Source: Macrostomum lignano (Eukaryota). Taken from it: DNA of 64,000 bases. The translations under genes and the position numbers were made by a program. The stretch is from the NCBI GenBank assembly GCA_002269645.1, contig NIVC01003376.1, forward strand, positions 1 to 64,000. The letters run 5' to 3'. Below are positions 22,530 through 37,500 of this stretch, piece by piece; positions within the stretch are counted from its first letter, which is position 1, and each line of letters starts with the position of its first letter. The notes under the pieces were generated by a model. That model was not told the DNA's origin. It saw only the letters and a list, made by a program, of their open reading frames with translations, and ran no database searches.

Positions 22530-25500
22530 TTACAGAATCTCCTCGCTATTCCAGCCGCCATCTCGACCAGACTTGCTTGATGCGGCCTGTTGCTGTTGCT
22601 GCCCACTTGAATACTGCTGTCGAGTCTCTGCAAAGTGAGACAAGTACATGCAAGTTCATCTCGGATGGGGTGCAGGGTGGCTGTCTGTTTGATCTGAGAT
22701 GGGGTGGGTGTCGGTCTATTTGATCTGAGATGGGGTTGGGTCTCGGTGTGTTCGAACTGAGATGGGGTGAGTTTCGCGGTCTGTTTGATCTGAGATGGGG
22801 TGGGTGTCGGTCTGTTTGATCTGAGATGGGGTTGGGTGTCGGTCTGTTTGATCTGAGATGGGGTTGATGTCGGTCTGTTTGATCTGAGATGGGGTTGATG
22901 TCGGTCTGTTTGATCTGAGATGGGGTTGATGTCGGTCTGTTTGATCTGAGATGGGGTTGATGTCGGTCTGTTTGATCTGAGATGGGGTTGATGTCGGTCT
23001 GTTTGATCTGAGATGGGGTTGATGTCGGTCTGTTTGATCTGAGATGGATGGGGTGGGTGTCGGTCTGTGTGACCTGAGATAAATGGGGTAGGTGGCGGTC
23101 TGTTGCATCTAAATGGGATCGTAAAAGTCTTTTTGACCTGGGAATGGTTTTTTAAATGAGTTTGTTGCACACACAGCATATTCATGGGCATTTAACTCGA
23201 AACAAAGTAAACAGATCTCATTTGTTATTCTGCATTGTATATGCTTTAGCTTGTAAAAGCGATAATGTCTCAAAAAAGGTGAGAGCTAGTTCATTCATTT
23301 CATCATTTGCTAAATATGAAAAGCTTACATGCAGATTATATCAAAGAATGTTATTTTGTATAAAAAATCGTAATTGAACAATACATGCAAGATCCCAGAA
23401 TGGCATCATCCGAGATCTGCAGATTTAATAGCCAAGCAATTTACCTGTTGGTCTCATCAATGGAATTTGGCCAGTTGGGTATCCAAATACTGGCACAGGT
23501 CCTACGAATTCGAAGTCACAAAGAAATTTTTGTCCAACTTAAGCAACTAGGCTGGACACAGCTGCTGAAACATCTGTAAATATTTATGGCCTCACTCGGC
23601 TATGCTGGACACAAATGCAATATCTGTAAATGTCTATGGCCTCACTCGGCTATGCTGGACACAGATGCAATATCTGTAAATGTCTATGGCCTCACTCGGC
23701 TATGCTGGACACAGATGCAATATCTGTAAATGTCTATGGCCTCACTCGGCTATGCTGGACACAGATGCAATATCTGTAAATATTTATGGCCTCACTCGGC
23801 TATGCTGGACACAAATGCAATATCTGTAAATGTCTATGGCCTCACTCGGCTATGCTGGACACAGATGCAATATCTGTAAATGTCTATGGCCTCACTCGGC
23901 TATGCTGGACACAGCTGCAATATCTGTAAATGTCTATGGCCTCACTCGGCTATGCTGGACACAGCTGCAATATCTGTAAATATTTATGGCCTCACTCGGC
24001 TATGCTGGACACAAATGCAATATCTGTAAATGTCTATGGCCTCACTCGGCTATGCTGGACACAGATGCAATATCTGTAAATGTCTATGGCCTCACTCGGC
24101 TATGCTGGACACAGATGCAAAATCTGTAAATGTCTATGGCCTCACTCGGCTATGCTGAACACAGATGCAATATCTGTAAATGTCTATGGCCTCACTCGGC
24201 TATGCTGGACACAGCTGCAATATCTGTAAATGTCTATGGCCTTACCTGATTCAGCTCGCTGTCTCTTTTTCTTTTTGCCGCCGCCTGTGAAGAGCCGGCG
24301 CAGGCTGCTGCTGAGACTGCGATTTCTGCGCTGCCCGCTGCCGAATTCGTCGGTAGGAGGAGGATTCGCCTGAATCGGTTGCTGCTGATAACCGTCTCCG
24401 TAGCTGTAGGGCTGAATTGAGTAGCCGCTAGTACCAGTCTGCTGGGCGTAGTAGCTTTCATCTGAGAACACCTGGTCTATGCTTGGCGAACGTTGTTGCT
24501 GCGGCTGCTGCTGCTGCTGTTGTTGCTGTTGTTTTCCAGTTGACTTCCGGTCGGGACCACGGAACACTCGACGGAACCGACTGGCAAAACTGCCAGATCG
24601 GGACGCTTTCTTGCCTACGTAGGGTTGAGGATTTGAAATGATCGTTATCAAAATCCCAAATGACCAAATTGACTAACAGAATAATCACCTTTCGATTTTG
24701 TTGTACCGCGACCATCGTCTTCGCCGGGAATCTGAAAAAGTACGCAATAAAACTACGTGTTTTTATTCTGATCGTTTTGTCTTTCGATGCATATGAATGT
24801 ACTTCTATGATCAAGGGCAGCACACGTTCACATTTGTGACTACATGGATTATTACTTTTTTTGCATTTTTTCTGAGCAGACATTGTACATAGCAAGCAAA
24901 ACATTGTAACTCTCCTAGGTGACTTTATAAGCTGAAGGACAACAGTTTATAAAGATTGACAAGGGTGACAGAAGGTCAGGAAACTTCTGATAGTATTCAA
25001 TACAAACATCGTGACAATAAGAAAGTAAATGTCCAATTTAAAAAAGGGTTTGGTCGGCCTTCTCTGAGCTTGGTTAAATCATGTCTTACCGACAGATTGA
25101 GTCTGCCTAATGATTGTGAGCAGGCACTCCAATTCACTGCAGGGTATGGAATAAGTCGGCATGTAGCCACGGTATTATCGTGCAAACTATATAATATTCA
25201 AATCATAGCAATCATCAAATCAAATACACTGTAGGCAATAATTAATATAAGCGACGCAAATTTCGAACAAACCATTCCCACAAAACTTGGATTTTGACCA
25301 TTTTAGAAAAAAGAAATAGCCGCACATGTAATAACCTGTGTAGCTGTTAATTATAACCGCAACCAAAGTATCTAGATGTAATAAATGAGATTATACGTGT
25401 ACATGCAATAATTTCAGGTATGGTATGTACAATCAACAGGTTTTAAGGACGATTTGTGTATTAGTCCAGTAAATTAAAGAGGGCGCTGCACTCTTGAATA

Positions 25501-28500
25501 CTATTTTTCATGTTATCGTTTTAATATTTTCTAAATTACTTTTTAAGTTCAGTGTGCAACGCTCTCTTTCTACAAAATTATTGTCAATAGCATAAAATTT
25601 ATAACGTTTTTTCAGTATTTTTGATGTAGTAATTTTTTGTTTTAATTAGTTGAATTTGTTATACTGTTTAAAAAACTATGTGATTTTTCGAGTCTGTCTT
25701 TGGTTTCCAAATCTGCGCACCATATTTAGCACTGGCAGACTCTGTGTGAAGTCCATTTCCAGTTGATTGTCACCGGTTGAGGCCAGAGAGGCCATGGAAT
25801 TTTCGCCTTGATTTTCATGGGAGTCTGCGTAATTTTAGCCGAATATAGAAAATATTAAACATATTTTTTGACAACAAACGAGCAAGATAATTCAATGCAT
25901 AATTATATAACTTAATTGAAACAGTATATAGAGTATAACTGATCTTAATACATTAATAATATTTTACTGATTATTTGATAGACAATAGTATAATGCATAA
26001 TGCATATATGCATAATGCCACAAAAAAATTCCTGAGCAAAGTTCGTACGCTTAGATATTAGTAAAACAAAAAGCAAGACTCGTAAAGCAATAAGACGAAA
26101 GTTGATATCTAAATCTGTTTATTCTAAAGGTGTTTTTTTCATGCAGCAAACCAAATATTGAACGGCGCATTCACCCATAAAATCCCGGAATGCCAAAAAG
26201 CGAAAGAAAACAGTAACTATTCAGTATAACAAGAAATTATCCCATATAATTGTTTCCCATTGCTTTGCGTGCAGGTCTTAAGCTTACGGCCTGAGCGTTG
26301 GCTGCTGGCAGCTGCGGCACAACTAGAGTCTCAACTGTCACGTACAACGGCTCCGCGTCATCTTTATTGTTGTGTTACAAGCGTATGTGTGTGTTTTGTT
26401 TTAACAGTATGTACGTGCGAATGACCAAGCGAACATTTAATTTCGTAACTGTTTATTCCAGGCGCGTCGCCACTGGGTTAGGGCGCCAAAATATAGCGCT
26501 TTCGACGCAAAAATGAGCGCTGACAGCACGATTCTCAAAATAATGGAAATTTAGTGTAGGAATTTATTCATGAACATGTTGAATTCTTGGCTTTATCCCC
26601 CACCATAAAATCCATGGCGACGCCCCTGGTTCATTCAATTGAATATAAGAAAACTTCTTTTACCGTAATTTCAAACAATTGCTTGTTTGAGCATGTTAAA
26701 GACTACAGCTACTAAATGTATAATAAAACAGTTAAGTAAAACGAAAAATATTCTTTTAGTCATTATAAGTAAAGCAAATTATTAGCGTCTAATGCAATGT
26801 TATAAAAAATAAATTGAACGAAACTACGAAAATAAACAGACTAAAAACGAAAATATATCTTCATTTTTTTAGAATTTTCGAGTATCTCTTTGAAGGTCGA
26901 ATAGTTACAACGAAAACAGTTATTCACTGTCCCTCACTGTATTCACTGTATGTATGAAGCTAAAGCATTTTACCGAAGTTGTGCAGCTGAAATAAATTAT
27001 TGATACTCGTACTTTAAGAAACTACCCTGATAGTAGTGATAGTAAATGATAGGTAATATTTTTAATCTAAATTTTCACACCTGTTTAACGTTAATATTAC
27101 TTCAGAAAGTAAGCAGGTAGGTTAAATTCAAACCGGGTAAACTGTTGCTTACCTGGCGGGAAGCTTTCGCTAACTAATTGGCCATGATGAAGCGGAATTG
27201 GTGGTGGCTTTTTAGGCGGCGAATCAGCCACGCCAGAGAACGATGGTTGCTGCTGCTGCTGACTCGCGGCGCTGTCCGTTGAACTCATCGGCTGGTAGGA
27301 GACGTCCGTTGACTTCATGAACTCGTCGACAGTACGGGACAGTGAAGAATCTGTTTGGATTGTTTGAAATGGGAACTCTTCAGTCTGTTGTTGATTTACA
27401 TGTATCACATTTTTACATGCAACAAGCAGAGAAAGTTTGGCAATAGCAGAGGCAACTATATAATAATAAAAGCAGATGAAGCTCAAAAAGTCACCAAAGC
27501 TGTAAAAAGTGCTCCTAGAATTAAACTAACGAGTAAACTTATGAGGTACTTATAAGCTTAATTTAGTACATGTACATTCTATCAGTTCTCTAGGTGTTTG
27601 TTTGTGGAAGATTTTCGAATTTTAAGTGGAAACCACAATCAATTTTCAACGAATTAGACATCCGGTCGCGAACCTGCTTCCAAGCACCAAGGAATTAAAG
27701 TTGATTTTAAAATAAGAAAATCTACTCCTCCAGAAAGCTGTAAATTCAGACAAAATTCGCATATTTTGCTACTTAATCAGTAGCTTTCACTGGCATAGGA
27801 AGTGCGACCTACAGGACCGATCTAGGAAGCGTTTAACCGACTGCTTCCATGCAGATTTCTCTGCATTGCTAGACGCCTCTTCCTGAGCAGCTGGCACCGC
27901 GGCTTCCGCGGCTGTCGCAGCTTCCCGAGCTGACTTGGTGCCGCCACTCGGTGCAGCAACGGAACTGGACCTGTTCAGCGACGACGGTTCGCTGAAGTGC
28001 ACAGTCTTTGGCAACGAGGCCTGCCTACGAATGCCTGTTGTTGTTGTTGTTGTTTAGCGCGGCTTGTTTCATCGATTGTTAATAAAATTATCGAAATACT
28101 AGCTCTTCATCTCCTAGAGGTAGGCGCCCAGCCTCTCTGTGGGCGTCTCTATCTTTGACTCCTAAGCCAGTTGGTGGCCTCGTCCGAGAGGTGACAAAAG
28201 CTTTTGGAGAAGCGCTTTTTAAGGTGTTATGCCCTGCCTAGGCCACTGAATTTATTTTTAATGCATTTATAACTGTGTCACACTCATTGATTGACGTCGA
28301 ACTGGAATTTAAACATTTATCGCGATAGATGGATTATTTTGTCGCTGCAAAATATTGCAGCAGCTTGCAGTTCGTCCAACCTTCGTACCAACATAAGATT
28401 TAAAGGCAAAAAAATTACGATCTAGAGGACGATGCTTGACAAACAGTACACATAAGTTTTTTTATGCCGGAATCCGACAAGATGTTTTGTACACCCATGT

Positions 28501-31500
28501 GTGAGAGTGTGCTTGCGTACCCACCTGTGTGTGCATGTTTGCTCAGGGACGGGGGATCTGCTTTGCCTCGTTCACTATATTCAAAATTATTAACTAAACA
28601 CTCACTGGTCCCGTCAGTTTTCTGTTTCTTTCCTGACTGTTGCTGCTGCTGTTCCAGTTGGTCGGCAGACGCCGCAGCTGGCGTCGTCCTTGACTTTGCC
28701 GCTTCCAACGAAGTCAAAACGACCATTGACTCGTCCGATTCCGGCGACGAGCCGACGCCTGAGCTACGATGCGCGCTGTTGGGAGACACGTGAACGACTG
28801 TAACAGCCGACTCTGCGGATACGCTAGACACACTGGCCGCTCGAGGTCCTGCGAACCTGTTGCTGTTGCTACCGCTGCTGTTCCCCGCCATTGTGGAAGG
28901 AGCTGCCGCTGATACGAAGAGGAATTCAGCGGTCAACGTTGGAGGTTGAACCGATGACGAGGCGGCTGTGTCGCGTCGCGGCATTCGAAGCGGCTGGATG
29001 ACGCGGGCCCCCTGGGACGGTAGGTCGTCGAGAAGGATGCTGGCCGAGCCGAGCAGTAAATCGGATTGGTTGGTTCGGTCGAATACGTGAAGCGATAGAC
29101 GCTTGGACTGAGGCGTCAGGTCTCTGCGATGGGGTTCAGAATGAAGAAATTATGTCAGTACTAATTTACATGTATGTGTGCGAGTCTGTCATGGTTATAG
29201 CGTCCTGTGATTGTTGGGTTGCCAGTCATATTCTATTTTGAGGACTACTATTTACTACATGAATAATTTCCTCGATTCAAGTATAAATAATACACTGCAG
29301 ATTTGTTGCTACACAAAGCTCAGTTTGGAGTCGATAAAATTTCTATGCATTCGAGAACAAGTTGATGTTTGCTCTGGCGATGGAAATGTTATGATAAGTT
29401 ATTCTAATGCCTCACCTTAAATGGCTCCCTATGCGACTATAAATAAATCCGACTCCAAATATGGCTGACTACCCCCAACTGTTTAAGCCACTCACAGCAT
29501 GTAGCTCTGATCCCAATAGGGATTCGCGGAGCCGTACACGCTGCCAGTCACGTGACGTTGATAAGGCTCGTCCAGCTCAACGCATGCAAACGGATTAAGC
29601 GGCATAGCGTTAATGCCGGGCTTGAGTCCGGTGGCTTTGATCAGCTTTATTAACAGACTGGTTGAGTTAGGGCCGGATCCGTTCACGGCTTGCGGCTGTT
29701 TTTGAGGTTCTCTACTAACCGTATTGGGCCGGTTCTCGCGCCTGCTGACGGTCTCTTTGATACCGACCTGTTTAGAAAAAAATTAGAAGAGAAAGAGGGA
29801 TTCATTCTCAATTGTAAGCTGCGAAAATAATGTTTTAAAATGAGCCTTTCATCATTTGTTGTTTTGGAGTCAGAACTATGAAGTACTCATACAACGTTCC
29901 TAGAAATAGCGTCGAGAGCCCCAAAGTAGAGAAACTGACGTAATGATAATGTTAAGAGCCGTACTACGAGCTACCGGTATTTGAAACTGCTATGTTTAAA
30001 TAACTGTATTTCAATGGTAAAACAGTTATAGCCTAGGTAGCAGATTTTTTTAGAATCTAAGAACACGAGTCGTTGAGAGTCCCAGAATTCCTACAGATTC
30101 ATCGAAAAACTAAAACTCGGCTCGTTGAGAGTCTCAAAAGTCCGACAAATGCACTGAGAAACAAAAAATTGGACTCGTTGAGAGCCTCAAAAGTCCAACA
30201 GATGCTTTGGAAACCCCGAAACGGGACTCGTTGAGAGCCGGAAAGATGAATTGAAAAAACCGGACTCGTTGAGAGCCCATAAAGGCTACAACTTACTTTA
30301 AAAAATACCGTTAAATGTACACAAAGAACTGGTAAAAACAAAAAGCAATCAGAGATATAAGCGAAAGGTATAGCACGCCAGCTCCCTAAAAACGGAATAT
30401 CTACGTGTTATTCGAATCTAAGTTTTGCCGCATGAAGTCGTAGCTACTAACAATCGGCGCCATTTAGATGTTTACTTAAAAAAATCTGATCATTAAATCT
30501 GCTGCACATCGATTCCCCAGGGTAAAAAATGTTACAATGTCCCAAGTGCGACTATTATACGCAAGATGAAGGCACAAGACCTGGTTGAAGAAAGTTTGAC
30601 GAAATTATACAAGCAAAGCATTCTTTGCAACCCAATTCCTCACGCTCCATTAGCTGCACTGCAATAAACTGTAAGTGTTTTTTGCGAACCCCCTGCAGCT
30701 TGAAAATTTCTGCTAACATTTTTTATGACTGAATAGAAACTTGAAGCCATTAATTGCAACAGAAAATGTGCAGATTTGGAAGCGTCGATGTAGAAACTTC
30801 TTTGCTACTTGGAGCCTCAGTTATAGAGCTTTAATATCAAAGTAGCAGATTATCAATCAATAGAAAAGTCAGTTTACAGCATACGGTTGTACTAAATTAC
30901 GCTCGCAATTCTACTTAATTATAGAAAAAGAACGAGTGGAACTCCTCCTTCGGAGAAGAAAGAGGAAGAACTCGCATCATCGGAATTCCATTTCCTGAAA
31001 TCCATCACCTGAAATTCCATGCAGTTTCCCCATATAAGTTTCGACGCTGAGTTGCCAGTAGTCTAGGAGAAAAGTTGCAACAAACAAACAGACAAACATC
31101 GCTAGAGTTTTAGTATTAGTAGACTATGCCTGAAGCATTTGAGCTAAAGAAAATTTTAAACGGCCGATTTCAAATATCCGTAGCTATGGCCCGAAGCAAT
31201 GAAAAAATCTCACCGAACTATCGTCGCTTATTGGGACGCCATTTTTAGCGTCACCTGTCGGTGCCACAACAGCTGTTACAGTTGCAGCAGCAGCGACTGC
31301 AGCAGCCGCGGCTACCGTCGACGATGTTGATGGAGGCAACGGTGGTAAAGACGTCGTCTGGCTGGCATTGTCTCGTCTACTGACCGCAGCGGACGCTGAC
31401 TGGCCACCTGGACCGAACTCGAAGCAGCCGCTAACTGCGGACGATCGACTTGGCGGCTGCAGGTGCGGACTTCCGGAGCCGCTGTTTCGCTCGCTGTCAG

Positions 31501-34500
31501 TCAGGAAGATCTCAGTGACGGCCTGACTGACAGCCGTGGTTACCTCCTCGGCTATCCAAGCGTAGCTTCCCGTCGCTGCTGCAGCCGCCCCTGTAGACGA
31601 TGGCTTGCCGACCAGGACCACCTCGGAGCGAAGCTTTGGCCGCTCAACTAGACGTAGGGAGCCTTTGAATCCTTCGGGGCAGAGGCGCAAGTCGGCGGAC
31701 ACCTGAATAACAGTCGACGGAGATGAAAATTTACTTGATTTCTCGATTTCGCACATGACGTACCGTATTCACTTAATCAATCGATGAGGTATCGCATCAA
31801 TCTACTTCACTAATCAATGCGGAACCGCATCAATCTACTTGACTAATCGATGAGGTACCAAATCGATCTACTTCACTAATCAATGCGGTACCGCATCAAT
31901 CTACTTGACTAATCGATGAGGTACTAAATCGATCTACTTGACTAATCTATGAGGTACCTGATACCAAATCGATCTACTTGACTAATCTATGAGGTACCTG
32001 GTACCAAATCGATCTACTTCACTAATCGATGAGGTACCAAATCGATCTACTTGACAAGTCGATGAGGTACTAAATCGATCTACTTGACAAGTCGATGAGG
32101 TGCTGAATCAATCTATGAGGTACCAAATCGATCTACTTGACTGATCGATGAGGTACCAAATCGATCTACTTGACAAGTCGATGAGGTGCTGAATCAATCT
32201 ATGAGGTACCAAATCGATCTACTTGACTAATCGATGGGGTACCAAATCGATCTACTTGACTAATCGATGAGGTACCAAATCGATCTACTTGACAAGTCGA
32301 TGAGGTGCTGAATCAATCTATGAGGTACCAAATCGATCTAATTGACTAATCGATGAGGTACCAAATCGATCTACTTGACTAATCGATGAGGTACCAAATC
32401 GATCTACTTGACTAATCGATGAGGTACCAAATCGATCTACTTGACAAGTCGATGAGGTGCTGAATCAATCGACTTGACTAATCAATGCAGTACCGCACTA
32501 ATCTACTTGATAGCTGTTACATAACCCTCTGACGAATTTCAATAGGTCACCCTACGCATCTAATTAGGAGCCTAAAGATTCGAATTCATCATTCAGCAAT
32601 GCTTTTCTCCTGGGGAGACTGAAATAACCCTATGCTAATAACTTGACACTTCACGAAGCACACAGCCAGGGGAATACTATACAAACAACAAGCGAACAAA
32701 ACAAAAACCAACCGACGAGAACCTCCCGCCCGTTGCAGCTGTCAACACTACAGCGGAAACTAATTGGCAAAAAGCGTCTACAAAGTTTGAAAGCAATCCC
32801 CAGAGTTCTAATTAGTGAAGAAAAATCGCTATACTGATTCACACTTCGACTGCAGACGCGTATATGCTCGTGTTTCTATTGCATTTTATGTAGACAGAAA
32901 AATCGCCTGAAAATGACTTTTTGTGACAGAACTGCGCATTTTTCCTAACTAATAGTAACGTTTAGAGAATTTACACTTTGAAAGAACTATATATAATAAT
33001 TACCTGGGCCACAATTTCGCTCAGAATGACCTCGCACGCTTCCAGTCGGGACAGGCGAACCTTCAGTCTGACTTCTGCCGCGCGCACATCGAGCAGTAAC
33101 TCCTGATTTTATTTTCGAATTGCGCAGGAAGTATTACTTATAAACAAAAGTGCAGTATGGTATACCACCCTGAACTCGTAGTATGCATGTTCTCTAGAGT
33201 TAAACTCTAGTAGCATGCGATCTAGAGTTAAACCATTCAGTGTCTCAACCACCCAGCGTCTCAATCACCCAGTGTCTCAACCGTCCAGTGTCTTAACCAC
33301 CCAGTGTCTCAACAACCCAGTGTCTCAACCACCTAGTGTCTCAACCACCCAGTGTCTCAACCACCTAGTGTCTCAACCACCCAGTGTCTCAACCACCCAG
33401 TGTCTCAACCACCCAGTGTCTTAACCGTCCAGTGTCTCAACCGTCCAGTGTCTCAACCACCCAGTGTCTTAACCGTCCAGTGTCTCAACCACCCAGTGTC
33501 TCAACCACCCAGTGTCTCAACCACCCAGTGTCTCAACCACCCAGTGTCTCAACCACCCAGTGTCTCAACCACCTAGTGTCTCAACAACCCAGTGTCTCAA
33601 CAACCCAGTGTCTCAACCACCCAGTATCTCAACCACCCAGTGTCTCAACCACCTAGTGTCTCAACAACCCAGTGTCTCAACAACCCAGTGTCTCAACCAC
33701 CCAGTGTCTCAACCACCTAGTGTCTCAACAACCCAGTGTCTCAACCACCTAGTGTCTCAACAACCCAGTGTCTCAACAACCCAGTGTCTCAACAACCCAG
33801 TGTCTCAACCACCCAGTGTCTCAACCACCTAGTGTCTCAACAACCCAGTGTCTCAACCACCTAGTGTCTCAACAACCCAGTGTCTCAACAACCCAGTGTC
33901 TCAACCACCCAGTATCTCAACCACCCAGTGTCTCAACCACCTAGTGTCTCAACAACCCAGTGTCTCAACAACCCAGTGTCTCAACCACCCAGTGTCTCAA
34001 CCACCTAGTGTCTCAACAACCCAGTGTCTCAACCACCTAGTGTCTCAACAACCCAGTGTCTCAACAACCCAGTGTCTCAACAACCCAGTGTCTCAACCAC
34101 CCAGTGTCTCAACCACCTAGTGTCTCAACAACCCAGTGTCTCAACCACCTAGTGTCTCAACAACCCAGTGTCTCAACAACCCAGTGTCTCAACCACCCAG
34201 TATCTCAACCACCCAGTGTCTCAACCACCTAGTGTCTCAACAACCCAGTGTCTCAACAACCCAGTGTCTCAACCACCCAGTGTCTCAACCACCTAGTGTC
34301 TCAACAACCCAGTGTCTCAACCACCTAGTGTCTCAACAACCCAGTGTCTCAACAACCCAGTGTCTCAACAACCCAGTGTCTCAACCACCCAGTGTCTCAA
34401 CCACCTAGTGTCTCAACAACCCAGTGTCTCAACCACCTAGTGTCTCAACAACCCAGTGTCTCAACAACCCAGTGTCTCAACCACCCAGTATCTCAACAAC

Positions 34501-37500
34501 CCAGTGTCTCAACCACCCAGTATCTCAACAACCCAGTGTCTCAACCACCCAGTATCTCAACAACCCAGTGTCTCAACCACCTAGTGTCTCAACCACCCAG
34601 TGTCTCAACCACCTAGTGTCTCAACCACCCAGTGTCTCAACCACCCAGTGTCTCAACCACCTAGTGTCTCAACCACCCAGTGTCTCAACAACCCAGTGTC
34701 TCAACAACCCAGTGTCTCAACCACCCAGTATCTCAACCACCCAGTGTCTCAACCACCTAGTGTCTCAACCACCCAGTGTCTCAACCACCTAGTGTCTCAA
34801 CCACCCAGTGTCTCAACCACCCAGTGTCTCAACCACCTAGTGTCTCAACCACCTAGTGTCTCAACCACCTAGTGTCTCAACCACCCAGTGTCTCAACCAC
34901 CCAGTGTCTCAACCACCCAGTGTCTCAACCACCCAGTGTCTCAACCACCCAGTGTCTCAACCACCTAGTGTCTCAACCACCTAGTGTCTCAACCACCCAG
35001 TGTCTCAACCACCCAGTGTCTCAACCACCCAGTGTCTCAACCACCCAGTGTCTCAACCACCCAGTGTCTCAACCACCCAGTGTCTCAACCACCCAGTGTC
35101 TCAACCACCCAGTGTCTCAACCACCCAGTGTCTCAACCACCTAGTGTCTCAACCACCTAGTGTCTCAACAACCAAGTGTCTCAACAACCCAGTGTCTCAA
35201 CAACCCAGTATCTCAACCACCCAGTGTCTCAACCACCTAGTGTCTCAACCACCCAGTGTCTCAACCACCTAGTGTCTCAACCACCCAGTGTCTCAACCAC
35301 CCAGTGTCTCAACCACCCAGTGTCTTAACCACCCAGTGTCTCAACCACCCAGTGTCTCAACCACCCAGTGTCTCAACCACCTAGTGTCTCAACCACCTAG
35401 TGTCTCATCCACCTAGTGTCTCAACCACCCAGTGTCTCAACCACCCAGTGTCTCAACCACCCAGTGTCTCAACCACCCAGTGTCTCAACCACCCAGTGTC
35501 TCAACCACCCAGTGTCTCAACCACCCAGTGTCTCAACCACCCAGTGTCTCAACCACCCAGTGTCTCAACCACCCAGTGTCTCAACCACCCAGTGTCTCAA
35601 CCACCCAGTGTCTCAACCACCCAGTATCTCAACCCTCATGTATTACACGCTTCAGTGTCTGAACCATTATCACTTTCTAGCGGTATCACACCCAACAACA
35701 TCAAGCCGCTCTGCAGTATCTCACTCATATGTATAAGTAACACCTACTAGATTTGTAGCTACAGAGGTAGTCAAACCATAAAAGATAGCCGCCCCTCCCC
35801 TAAGCAAATACTTACCATATTATGCAAATCGTCACCTTGAGATCCGCGCACCGAAACGATCTCCGGAGGAGTGTCGCCCACAATGATGTCCTCGAATACA
35901 AGGCTCTGTATGCGCATTGAAATAGTGTCAGAAATAAGTGAACTTGATAGTTTTAATGCAATTTTTTTCAGTTAATAATTTAATTTTGAATCGATAAACT
36001 AATATGAGCAAAATGGACCTGAACGACGTCAAGTGTACAGGTGCATTGAATGATTTACTAATTCCGGACCCCGGGTCGAGCATTATAAGATAAGCCACTT
36101 TGTGATTTTTCGATCTCGCATAATGTACTCTTGTACTTCAACCTATATTATAGTTTGTGATAGAATAGGCGTTTCTAGCTTCCAAGACAAGGAGATTTAC
36201 TAGCTATTAATGCGTACATAAGTTTTTGTGTAGAGACAGGCGACTTTGCCCCCCCCCCTTTACCACCTCAGGATGGAAGCTACTTACCACCTCAGGGATG
36301 GAAGCTACTTACCACCTCAGGGTGGAAGCTACTTACCACCTCAGGGATGGAAGCTACTTACCACTTCAGGATGGAAGCTACTTACCACCTCAGGGTGGAA
36401 GCTACTTACCACCTCAGGGTGGAAGCTACCACCTCAGGATGGAAGCTACTTACCACCTCAGGATGGAAGCTACTTACCACCTCAGGGTGGAAGCTACTTA
36501 CCACCTCAGGGATGGAAGCTACTTACCACTTCAGGATGGAAGCTACTTACCACCTCAGGGTGGAAGCTACTTACCACCTCAGGGTGGAAGCTACCACCTC
36601 AGGATGGAAGCTACTTACCACCTCAGGATGGAAGCTACTTACCACCTCAGGATGGAAGCTACTTACCACCTCAGGATGGAAGCTACTTACCACCTCAGGA
36701 TGGAAGCTACTTACCACCTCAGGATGGAAGCTACTTACCACCTCAGGGTGGAAGCTACCACCTCAGGATGGAAGCTACTTACCACCTCAGGGTGGAAGCT
36801 ACCACCTCAGGATGGAAGCTACTTACCACTTCAGGATGGAAGCTACTTACCACCTCAGGATGGAAGCTACTTACCACCTCAGGGTGGAAGCTACTTACCA
36901 CCTCAGGGTGGAAGCTACCACCTCAGGATGGAAGCTACTTACCACTTCAGGATGGAAGCTACTTACCACCTCAGGGATGGAAGCTACTTACCACCTCAGG
37001 GATGGAAGCTACTTACCACCTCAGGATGGAAGCTACTTACCACCTCAGGGTGGAAGCTACTTACCACCTCAGGGTGGAAGCTACCACCTCAGGATGGAAG
37101 CTACTTACCACCTCAGGATGGAAGCTACTTACCACCTCAGGATGGAAGCTACTTACCACCTCAGGATGGAAGCTACTTACCACCTCAGGATGGAAGCTAC
37201 TTACCACCTCAGGATGGAAGCTACTTACCACCTCAGGGTGGAAGCTACTTACCACCTCAGGGTGGAAGCTACTTACCACCTCAGGGTGGAAGCTACTTAC
37301 CACCTCAGGGTGGAAGCTACTTACCACCTCAGGGTGGAAGCTACCACCTTAGGATGGAAGCTATCAGTTGAGTGTGTATCCAAAACACACTATATAGCAT
37401 AAGCCTCCCCTTCAGGAGGATGTTATCTATCACAGCTTGATACAAGACACCACATCAGGATATAAGACACCACATCAGGATATAGGACACCACATCAGGA

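Noticed and set aside
30066-30280. CRISPR-like pattern of conserved core plus variable spacers
   Set aside because: Eukaryotic intron, core only ~11-14 bp, spacers mutually similar and uneven, no cas genes.
33215-37402. Repetitive ORFs (SQPPSVSTT, YLPPQDGS, MEATYHLR) resembling mucins or adhesive proteins
   Set aside because: All frames are open for the same reason, the arrays lie antisense inside C2CD2-like introns, and there is no signal peptide or splice support.
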